Of a stretch of DNA of 64,000 bases, positions 10,975 to 23,288 are shown piece after piece. The translations under genes were made by a program, and so were the position numbers. The DNA is from an uncultured Candidatus Binatia bacterium. GTDB lineage: Bacteria > Desulfobacterota > Binatia > UBA9968 > JAJDTQ01. The stretch's first letter is position 1, and every line of letters starts with the position of its first letter. The notes below the pieces were generated by a model. The model made no database searches and was not told the origin of the DNA. It saw only the letters and a program-made list of their open reading frames with translations. The stretch spans positions 2,240,001 through 2,304,000 of the forward strand of contig OZ244070.1 in NCBI GenBank assembly GCA_965215605.1, given 5' to 3'.

Positions 10975-11649
10975 ATGCAGAGATTCCTGGTATCACTCGC
11001 CGTCTTGATCCTGTTCACCACGCTGTCCATCGTGCCGTCCGGCGCGGTGGATCGGGAGAAGCTGGAACAAAGAGTCACCAAGGCCCAGTTCGCGTTCCGG
11101 GACTTCCAGAAGGATTCCCGGATGACGTGGTTCCGCGAGAACGTGCGTTACGCCAAGGGGCTGCTGATCATGCCGACCTGGGTGCGGGGCGGGTTCTTCC
11201 TGGGCGGATACGGCGGCAACGGGGTGCTGCTGGCGCAGGATCGGGACGGAAGCTGGAGCCATCCGGCGTTCTATGATGTCCTGGCCGGCTCCTTCGGCCT
11301 CCAATTCGGCATCGCCGGCGGGCAGGTCATCCTCATGATCATGACCGATACGGGTTTGAGAAGGTTCCTGGACGACAAGTTCCAGCTCGGCGCCGACGCC
11401 AGCATCGGCGTGGGCCCGGAGGGCATCGGCGCCAGGGCCGAGCTCTTCGACATCTTCTCGTTCGCCCGTGTCAAGGGGGTGTACGGCGGCCTCACCCTGG
11501 AAGGCGGGGGCGTGATCGTCAACGAGGGCGACAATCGGGCCTACTACGGCGACAGCAAGGTCACGCCGACGGATATCCTGATCCGGAGAAAGGTCAAGAA
11601 CCCGCAGGCCGACGGTCTCATCCGGACCCTCACCGAGGCGACCCGGTAG
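10975..11649 (+). CDS. Lipid-binding SYLF/Ysc84 domain exported protein
   Basis: Signal peptide; GGFFLGGYGGNGVLL, SFGLQFG, KGVYGGLTLEG, NRAYYG. Confidence 0.82.
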   Translation: MQRFLVSLAVLILFTTLSIVPSGAVDREKLEQRVTKAQFAFRDFQKDSRMTWFRENVRYAKGLLIMPTWVRGGFFLGGYGGNGVLLAQDRDGSWSHPAFYDVLAGSFGLQFGIAGGQVILMIMTDTGLRRFLDDKFQLGADASIGVGPEGIGARAELFDIFSFARVKGVYGGLTLEGGGVIVNEGDNRAYYGDSKVTPTDILIRRKVKNPQADGLIRTLTEATR

Positions 11650-11680
11650 CACCGCGCGCCGTGCCGGCGGGAGAGAACGG

Positions 11681-12091
11681 TTAGCCCGCGGGCGAGAACT
11701 TGTAGAGCGTCACCTCCTCGGTGACGTCCTCGAACACCACCTCCACCGGCTGGTCGCACTCGAGCTTGTCCGGCGACTCGTTCACCACGTTGCTCACCAT
11801 CCGCGGCCCTTCATCCAGTTGAATGACCGCGAACACGTAGGGAATCTCGCCCTCGAAGCCCGGGTGGTACACGCGTTGGTAGATGCCGAACGAGTGGATC
11901 CGGCCGCGGCCCGAGGCTTTCTTCCAGTCCCATTCCGTGCTCCAGCAATGCGGGCAGGTGGAACCCGGCGGGAACCAGTACCCCGAGCATTGGCGGCATT
12001 GCGGCAACAGCAGCTCGTGGCGCTTGCAGCCCTCCCAGAAGGGCTCGGACTCGACCGTGGGATAGGGTAACGGCTTGGCGTACTCGCTCAT
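11681..12091 (-). CDS. Zn-ribbon/OB-fold (DUF35-type) thiolase partner
   Basis: PFWEG, CRQC..CPHC, SGRGRIHSF, LDEGPRMVSN. Confidence 0.88.
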   Translation of the reverse strand: MSEYAKPLPYPTVESEPFWEGCKRHELLLPQCRQCSGYWFPPGSTCPHCWSTEWDWKKASGRGRIHSFGIYQRVYHPGFEGEIPYVFAVIQLDEGPRMVSNVVNESPDKLECDQPVEVVFEDVTEEVTLYKFSPAG

Positions 12092-13257
12092 GACGCCTCC
12101 CTTGCGAGGATCATGGCGGACTGGCAGGCCGTGTTGCCGCCGTGGCCGCTCACCAGCGCTATCTCGGCGTCCTTCACTTGACGGTCCGGGGTGTGCTCGT
12201 GCCGGATTTGCCGGACGCCCTCGACAATCTGCAGCATGCCTTCGGTGTGCCCTTCAGAAAGCTGCCCGCCCGACGTGTTGGTGGGCATGGCGCCGTCGAG
12301 CAACAAGGCGCCCGAGCCCGCGAAGGGTCCGCCTTCGCCCTTCTTGCAGAAGCCGTAGTCCTCGAGCTGGAGCAGCACCATCTGCGTGAAGCAGTCATAG
12401 AGCTGCGCGGTGTCCACCTCGCCGGGGCCGATGCCGGCCATGCGGTAGGCCGCTTCGCCCGCCTCCTTGGCCCCGGTGGTGAGCATGTTGCTGTCCTCGA
12501 ACCAGCCGCTGAGCCGGTTGCCGAAACCGAACCCCATGACGTAGGCCGGGGGCTGCCGCAGGTCCCGGGCGCGTTCCGCCGAGGTCACCACCACCGCCGC
12601 GGCGCCGTCGATGTAGATGCTGCAGTCGTAGAGGCACAGCGGATCCACGATCATCCGGGCGCTCAGGTACTCCTCGATGGTCAAGGGTTTCTGGAAGAAG
12701 GCGTTGGGGTTCCGGCTCGCGTGGTCGCGGAACGCCACCGCGATGTGCCCCAGCTGCTCCTTGGTGGTGCCGTAGAGCTTCATGTGGCGCCGGGCGGACA
12801 CCGCGTAATTGGACGGGGCGCCGAACCAGCCAAACTCCGGCCCGAACTCCCCCTGGTTCTGAATGCCGATGCTGACCCGCTTGCGCGCGGTTTCGGTGCG
12901 GTGCGTGCGCGACCACGTATCCCGCCCGAACCCCACCACCACCGTGTTGCACAGCCCTGCGTCGATGGCCATGCAGGCCATGGCCACGCCCAGCACCTGG
13001 CTCGCGCCGCCGTTGTCGGTGGAGGTGCTGTAGGTCACGTTCAGGCCCAGCGCCGCCCCCACCCGCTGGTGGTGGCAGTAGACGTCGTCCGGCCCCCTGG
13101 TGACCAACCCGTCCACGTCCGCCTTTGCGAGCCCCGCGTCCGCAATGGCGTTCCGCGCCGCCAGCGCGAACATCCCGATGGGGCCCATCTCCGGCACCTT
13201 GCCGAGCTTGCTGTGCCCCACCCCCACGATGGCATACTTGCCGCGAAGATTGTTCAT
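12088..13257 (-). CDS. SCP2-type thiolase family protein
   Basis: AIVGVG, LYDCFT, NTSGGQLSEGH; overlaps the DUF35 partner. Confidence 0.88.
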   Translation of the reverse strand: MNNLRGKYAIVGVGHSKLGKVPEMGPIGMFALAARNAIADAGLAKADVDGLVTRGPDDVYCHHQRVGAALGLNVTYSTSTDNGGASQVLGVAMACMAIDAGLCNTVVVGFGRDTWSRTHRTETARKRVSIGIQNQGEFGPEFGWFGAPSNYAVSARRHMKLYGTTKEQLGHIAVAFRDHASRNPNAFFQKPLTIEEYLSARMIVDPLCLYDCSIYIDGAAAVVVTSAERARDLRQPPAYVMGFGFGNRLSGWFEDSNMLTTGAKEAGEAAYRMAGIGPGEVDTAQLYDCFTQMVLLQLEDYGFCKKGEGGPFAGSGALLLDGAMPTNTSGGQLSEGHTEGMLQIVEGVRQIRHEHTPDRQVKDAEIALVSGHGGNTACQSAMILAREAS

Positions 13258-13447
13258 GGAACTCCTCCTGATGGTTCTCCCCACAGGTCCATCGAACCGA
13301 AAGCCACGATACACGAAACGGGCGGTGCGGGCGAGGGTCGTCACCCGAGTCGCGCCGCAAAGCGCATGGCCGTACCACAGTGTCAAATGCTATGAATGGG
13401 CACACTGAATGGAATGCGACTCCATCCGGACTTCTCAAGGGTGTCTG

Positions 13448-17038
<3,591 letters not shown>

Positions 17039-17283
17039 AAGTGAACGGTTTCTGTTGCGTTTTCAAATAGTTGCGTCTGGGCGACTCCTAATCTTCCGGG
17101 CTCTGACTACTAATCAGCGGGTCGCTGACTTCCGATTCGCCGCCTCTTGATTTTCAATCTTCCGCTCTTTGATTCGCACTCGTCATGGCTTATTCTTCCG
17201 GTCATACGACCCGTACAACTGGTATCAGCTACGGAACTCTGCCCAAGGTGATACATGAAACGTGGAGGCGTCGAGGCCGATGA

Positions 17284-17595
17284 GTGAACTTTCTGTTCTT
17301 CGGGGTTGTCGAGAAGACCCTCGTCGTATCCGCGCTGGAGATGAAGAAGGGCAGCGCTGAGGCGAAGGAACTTGCGGCACAACTTCAGGGCGGTGCGAAT
17401 TTCGCGGAAAAGCTCGTTCGTCGTGACCCCGGTCCTTCCAAGGTGTATTTCGTGCCCGTTGCCGTGTATGGCGGCAAACTAAACCGCGCCGAACGGGAGA
17501 GGTTGAAGCAACGTGAATGCAGGGTGGCGTTCCGCGGAGTTCATCACGAGATTCGTCTTGCCCGTTGCGGGAGTCCATTGAACACGCTTCTGTGA
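17284..17595 (+). pseudogene. Small or N-truncated hypothetical protein with nuclease-like E-x-K motif
   Basis: [35 protein letters not shown] reads as real protein; antisense to the read-through tail of the truncated methylase. Confidence 0.45.
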
Positions 17596-17644
17596 AGTGC
17601 ACGACGTTGTCGAGACGTATGGTACCCCTCATGCCTGCATCGGG

Positions 17645-17858
17645 CACTTTGGCGTAGCGTGTGTAAACCGCCATCCCGGGTCCGATGGCCGCTTGGGCGA
17701 GGTCCACCGGAGCGATGTTGCCGGCCTGGAGGTGGGCCAAGGCGGCGGGGAGTTCGGCCTTGAGCGCGGCGACGAACTCGCGCCGGGTGGCCAAGGGCGC
17801 GTCGTCCGGGCGCCGGCGACAGACCAGGACGATGCTGGAGGCGAGGGCGTTGGTGCCC
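17645..17858. repeat. IR3 left arm (inverted vs 24423-24636)
   Basis: Highly similar block encoding [17 protein letters not shown]; 41-bp identical core 17649-17689 = reverse complement of 24592-24632. Confidence 0.88.
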
Positions 17859-18536
17859 ATGCCGATCATGCGGTTGGTGAGTTCGGTGCGCATGGGCCAT
17901 GTGCCCGTAACGGCGAAACCCGCACGAATCACGGCGTCAAGAAACGTCTCCCATCCAGTGCTGGCAGTCCCCGCTTCGCCCTTGGTCTCCGACTGCTTGA
18001 AGGCATAGTAGATCGTGCTTGGGAAACTGGGATGTGTATCCTGAGCCAATCGCGTCACGGCGCGCGTCATTCCCTCCATGAAAAAGGTCTCTGCCTTCAC
18101 TTTACTCCCGTGGCGGTATGGAGTGGCCACCAATTCCTCGGCCTTCGGCACAGCCACCGTGGCGAAGAGGCCTGGGAACGTTGATCGCAACGAACGCCGT
18201 AGCCATACGTAGAAAAAATCCGAGAGGTCAGCGTAACCGATGTTGTCGTAGTAGGGTGGATCCGTGGAAACGATTCGGGCAATAGACTGTTCTTGTACCG
18301 CAGCATCCACCAAGGTGGCCGTGCCGACGGAGTTAGGTACAAACGTCAATAAGGGGTCCATGACGCAAGCGGTCGCGGCGTCAACACTTCCCGTTGCCTT
18401 CGCCAAGAAGTTGGGTTCAGCATAATCCCAGACCATAGGGAGAGCTTGTCGCCCGAAGCAGTGTTGAGCTTTTTGTCCGACACCGTTCCACCGGACTAAG
18501 TTGTTGCCCGTCATTGCCAGCCGATCCACCGCGAAA

Positions 18537-18650
18537 GCCAGATACACTCCCACTGCCTCGGAATACGCCCGCGCCCCCGAGCCGCCGTCCCGCAGGGGGC
18601 GGTCGTCGTCAGCCATGGATTGGGCCGCCTCCGCGTAATCGTTTCTGACC
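18537..18650. repeat. IR2 left arm (inverted vs 23631-23744)
   Basis: 114-bp identical block encoding [37 protein letters not shown]. Confidence 0.9.
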
Positions 18651-18992
18651 TGCTCGATGGCACCGCCCACCAAGTCGGAGAAGGTCGTCAAGGCAACCAG
18701 TTGGCGAGCCGTGAAGAGATCGCGCCACATGGTCATGCCATATTCTTGTACGCGGAATCCGAGCGCGCGTTCCGGTAAATTCGTTCCGGGGGTCCACTGC
18801 GGTTCCGCCCCATTCGCGACGGCTTCATGTTCAGGTGTTGGCGCCAAGTAAACCCGACCCCGGTCGCCTTCCGCTACAATCGCCATCAGCCTCCCGCCCA
18901 TGCGCCCGGATTTGGCCTCTGACCGCAGGTACTCGAACGGCAAGGGTGCGTCAGACATGAGGCACAGGAACGGCTTCCCGCTTCCCCCCGAT

Positions 18993-20110
18993 TTCGTCCC
19001 CGTCTTCACCTTCTCCTCATCCTTCGGCCTCCCCACCCTTACCTCGAACCGATACCGCCGTCCCTCAATCACCGGCTCGACATACGCCTCCTTCCCCTTC
19101 TTCGTCGACAACATGAACGTCGACGCCAACGGCACCTCCACCTCCGCATACGCAGGATTCGGACTCCTCACCGTCCGCGCCCACAGCCACGCGATCACCG
19201 TCAACTCCCGCCCCTCGTACCGCTTCAGGTCCGGCCGCTCCCGAACCATCTCCCCGGTCACCTCCACCTTCGGGTACAAATGCCCGATCCGTTTCTCCGC
19301 CTCGTCCCGCATCCACTGCCCGTAGTACCGCACGTCTTCCGCCAGCCCCTGCGCTCCCTTCCACTCCCGCTCCACCAGAGTTCTTTTCCCTGTCCCTCCT
19401 CCACTCCGAACCCCCGGGTTCACAGGCCCCCGCCCCGCAAACCGCGGCGGTATCTCGATCATCGCCTTGTTGATCAACACCGCCACCGGATTCAGATCGC
19501 TCGCGTGCGCCTCCAACCCCAATCGCTGCGCCTCCAATGGCAACGCTCCCCCGCCCGCAAATGGATCGTGAAACCCAGGCAGCTTCTCCCGGTCGTACAA
19601 CTCCTTCGCCCTTGGTTCATCCACGTTCCGCGCACACGCCCGCCGCCAACTCCGCCGTATCTCAGTCCGCGCCCGCTCCAGCACTACCTCGTTCGTCGTG
19701 TTCTCCCACTTCACCAACTCCTCGATCAGCCCGAACAACCGCTCACGCTCCTGCTCCGCCGCCACCCCCTCCAGCGTCGGCTCCGGTCCCATACCCAACT
19801 CCGTGCCCGCCACCGCCCGCTGCCCCTCCCGCTCCACCAGCCGCTCCTTCAATCGCCCCTCCGCCGCCTGCCTCCGGTCCGCGTCCGACAGCAACTCCTC
19901 CACGTACTCCGATGGATCGTCCACCATCTGCGCAAATATTACCGACCGCGCCGCCGCCAACGGTCGCCGCGCCCACCACAAATGCAGCGTGCTCGGATGC
20001 CCGTGCCGAATCGACTTCTCCCGCGCTGACGCCACGTTGATCGCCTCCAACGGCAACGCCACCTCGATCAACTTCTTCGTCTCTTCCATCCCTCCTCCAT
20101 TACCATGAAC
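18993..20110. repeat. IR1 left arm (inverted vs 22171-23288), ~1.1 kb
   Basis: Ends checked by eye; shadow ORFs of 78, 99, 136, 167 and 249 aa in several frames are identical in both arms, implying nucleotide identity. Confidence 0.93.
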
Positions 20111-20229
20111 TCGGAACAGCCCGATACATCAGCAAACGCACACAATGTCGGCGGCACTTGCCGTGTGGCGGCATCGAAGAACTCCTGAAGCCGCTCGCCG
20201 GTGGCCCCGTTTGTCAAAGGAGACATCTC

Positions 20230-21153
20230 TTGACCACTCCTCACCTACGACAGTTCCAACTGAAGGAATACGGGTCGTCTTCCTACAGAAGCGCCACCGA
20301 TACCGCTCCCCTGTTCGAGGTCGTTGCCGAAGAGGTCTTTCGCCGCTACGGTCAGCGCTGGAAACCAACCACCGCCACCGTCAATCGTTCGTACCTGCGC
20401 AATCAAATCTTGCCATGGTTCCGGGGCCGGTCCATCGCCTCCATCACGCGCCGTGACGTGCAAGGCTGGCTGGCTTCCCGGTCCGCCACGCCGGCCGCGG
20501 CGAACCGGTCGCTTCCCATCCTTTCGGTGATCATGGGCCAAGCGGAAACGTACGGCTATCGCCCGGTCGAGACCAACCCCTGCGCGGGCGTCCGGCGCTA
20601 TCGACAAAGGGGCCGGGAGCGATTTCTCACCGTGGAGGAACTCCGCCGGCTTGGAGAGACCCTCGCCCAACGGGAATCTTTCGCGACCCTTCCCGCGGCC
20701 ATCGTCCGGTTGCTGTTGCTTACCGGTTGTCGCCAGAGCGAAATCCGGGCGCTCCGTTGGACCGAATACCGCGAAGGACACCTGTTCCTGGGCGACAGCA
20801 AGACCGGGCCGCGGACAGTGTGGTTGTCGGCCGCGGCTCGCGCGGTCCTCGACGACCTGCACCGTACGAGTGCTTGGATATTCCCGGCCGCGAGCGGCAA
20901 TGGTCCGCTGTCCACGGAAACACTGTACGGCTGGTGGCGTCCCGTGCGCGCGGCCGCCGGGCTGCACGACGTCCGGCTGCACGACCTGCGTCACAATTAC
21001 GCCAGCTTCGCCCTGCGCCAAGGTGAAACCGTGTTGACCATCGGGCGCCTTCTTGGGCATCGCGACCCTGCCACCACCTTGAAGTACATCCACTTCGCCG
21101 ACACGCTGGCGCAGGATGCGGTCGCAAAGGTGGGCGGGGTTCTGGCGGGTTGA
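20230..21153 (+). CDS. Tyrosine recombinase 1
   Basis: AAAGGAG RBS then TTG at 20230; TGCRQSE, SKTG, HDLRH, LLGH, LKYIH give a complete R-K-H-R-H-Y set. Confidence 0.92.
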   Translation: MTTPHLRQFQLKEYGSSSYRSATDTAPLFEVVAEEVFRRYGQRWKPTTATVNRSYLRNQILPWFRGRSIASITRRDVQGWLASRSATPAAANRSLPILSVIMGQAETYGYRPVETNPCAGVRRYRQRGRERFLTVEELRRLGETLAQRESFATLPAAIVRLLLLTGCRQSEIRALRWTEYREGHLFLGDSKTGPRTVWLSAAARAVLDDLHRTSAWIFPAASGNGPLSTETLYGWWRPVRAAAGLHDVRLHDLRHNYASFALRQGETVLTIGRLLGHRDPATTLKYIHFADTLAQDAVAKVGGVLAG

Positions 21154-21159
21154 CAACAG

Positions 21160-22164
21160 ATGAGTCATCCAGGCGTTGTCGTTTCTGCGTCGTCGAGTGT
21201 CGTTCCCCGTCTTGTCGATTTTGTCTCAGGTCCATGGGCTACGGCATGTTACGATCGCTGCAAGCCATCGACCCGGCAACGGATGGTTTCCGCCCTGCGC
21301 AGGCAGTTGCTCCCGGCCTTCGGCCAGCAGCCCCTCGACGAGATCCTTCCGAACGCAGTGCAGCAATGGTTCGACGAGCACAGCGCCACCGCTCCCGGCG
21401 GCGCCAACCGCACGCTGGACGTACTGCGGCAGATCATGAATCACGCCATTGCATGCGGTCATCTGGAGACCAATCCGACCCGCGGCGTGACCCGCAATCC
21501 ACGCCCCATGTTGAACCGTTTTCTATCCCGGAAGGAAGTTCAGCGACTCCATGCTGTTCTCGATGAGCGCGCGGGCGCTTCCGCTCATCAACGACAGCAG
21601 GCAGACCTGATCCGATTGCTTCTGCTCACGGGTTGCCGGATCGGCGAACTCGTGCGCCTGCGCTGGGAGGACCTGGACGGGGATCGGCTCCGCCTGCCGG
21701 ACAGCAAGACGGGACCGCGAATCGTCTTCCTGAACGGGCAGGCCCACGCCATCCTTGCACGGCAGCCTCACAAGGGTCCGTTCATCTTTCCGTCTCGCAC
21801 ATCGGCATCGCGGCCCCATCCCGTCGACCTGCCCCTCTGGCGTTCCGCCCGCCGCCAGGCGGGGATCACCGATGTTCGGCTTCACGATCTCCGCCACACC
21901 TTCGCAAGCCACGCCGTGCTGCAAGGCGTGCCATTGCCGGTCGTCTCGCGCCTCCTCGGCCACACGCAGACGCGGATGACGCTGCGCTACGCGCACCTGA
22001 GCGACAGGGACGTTGCCGCTGCCGCCGAACGCATCGGACGGGGACTCGAGAGAATCGTGAGCGGTCGTAGGACGACCCGATCCGATCCCGGACAAACCGG
22101 CAACACGGAGGGTGCGGCACAGCCGCCGCGGGGAACGGATCGAAACGGATTAAGTATCGGGTAA
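21160..22164 (+). CDS. Tyrosine recombinase 2 (paralog of recombinase 1)
   Basis: TGCRIGE, SKTG, HDLRH, LLGH, LRYAH. Confidence 0.92.
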   Translation: MSHPGVVVSASSSVVPRLVDFVSGPWATACYDRCKPSTRQRMVSALRRQLLPAFGQQPLDEILPNAVQQWFDEHSATAPGGANRTLDVLRQIMNHAIACGHLETNPTRGVTRNPRPMLNRFLSRKEVQRLHAVLDERAGASAHQRQQADLIRLLLLTGCRIGELVRLRWEDLDGDRLRLPDSKTGPRIVFLNGQAHAILARQPHKGPFIFPSRTSASRPHPVDLPLWRSARRQAGITDVRLHDLRHTFASHAVLQGVPLPVVSRLLGHTQTRMTLRYAHLSDRDVAAAAERIGRGLERIVSGRRTTRSDPGQTGNTEGAAQPPRGTDRNGLSIG

Positions 22165-22170
22165 TTGTCG

Positions 22171-23288
22171 GTTCATGGTAATGGAGGAGGGATGGAAGAG
22201 ACGAAGAAGTTGATCGAGGTGGCGTTGCCGTTGGAGGCGATCAACGTGGCGTCAGCGCGGGAGAAGTCGATTCGGCACGGGCATCCGAGCACGCTGCATT
22301 TGTGGTGGGCGCGGCGACCGTTGGCGGCGGCGCGGTCGGTAATATTTGCGCAGATGGTGGACGATCCATCGGAGTACGTGGAGGAGTTGCTGTCGGACGC
22401 GGACCGGAGGCAGGCGGCGGAGGGGCGATTGAAGGAGCGGCTGGTGGAGCGGGAGGGGCAGCGGGCGGTGGCGGGCACGGAGTTGGGTATGGGACCGGAG
22501 CCGACGCTGGAGGGGGTGGCGGCGGAGCAGGAGCGTGAGCGGTTGTTCGGGCTGATCGAGGAGTTGGTGAAGTGGGAGAACACGACGAACGAGGTAGTGC
22601 TGGAGCGGGCGCGGACTGAGATACGGCGGAGTTGGCGGCGGGCGTGTGCGCGGAACGTGGATGAACCAAGGGCGAAGGAGTTGTACGACCGGGAGAAGCT
22701 GCCTGGGTTTCACGATCCATTTGCGGGCGGGGGAGCGTTGCCATTGGAGGCGCAGCGATTGGGGTTGGAGGCGCACGCGAGCGATCTGAATCCGGTGGCG
22801 GTGTTGATCAACAAGGCGATGATCGAGATACCGCCGCGGTTTGCGGGGCGGGGGCCTGTGAACCCGGGGGTTCGGAGTGGAGGAGGGACAGGGAAAAGAA
22901 CTCTGGTGGAGCGGGAGTGGAAGGGAGCGCAGGGGCTGGCGGAAGACGTGCGGTACTACGGGCAGTGGATGCGGGACGAGGCGGAGAAACGGATCGGGCA
23001 TTTGTACCCGAAGGTGGAGGTGACCGGGGAGATGGTTCGGGAGCGGCCGGACCTGAAGCGGTACGAGGGGCGGGAGTTGACGGTGATCGCGTGGCTGTGG
23101 GCGCGGACGGTGAGGAGTCCGAATCCTGCGTATGCGGAGGTGGAGGTGCCGTTGGCGTCGACGTTCATGTTGTCGACGAAGAAGGGGAAGGAGGCGTATG
23201 TCGAGCCGGTGATTGAGGGACGGCGGTATCGGTTCGAGGTAAGGGTGGGGAGGCCGAAGGATGAGGAGAAGGTGAAGACGGGGACGAA
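22171..23288. repeat. IR1 right arm
   Basis: GTTCATGGTAATGGAGGAGGGATGGAAGAG...GGGACGAA; reverse complement of 18993-20110; includes the RBS and the first ~365 codons. Confidence 0.93.

Larger units (their letters stand above)
17645..20089 (-). pseudogene. Second, 3'-truncated allele (allele A) of the DUF1156 methyltransferase; probable silent specificity cassette
   Basis: 815 codons collinear with 22192-24636; homology stops at ..YTRYAKV; ORF then reads ~140 codons of unrelated sequence to 17225; motifs DPFAGGG and DPPY intact. Confidence 0.85.

Noticed and set aside
17225-20089. 954-aa ORF as a second full-length methylase
   Set aside because: Homology to allele B ends at 17645; the remainder is read-through
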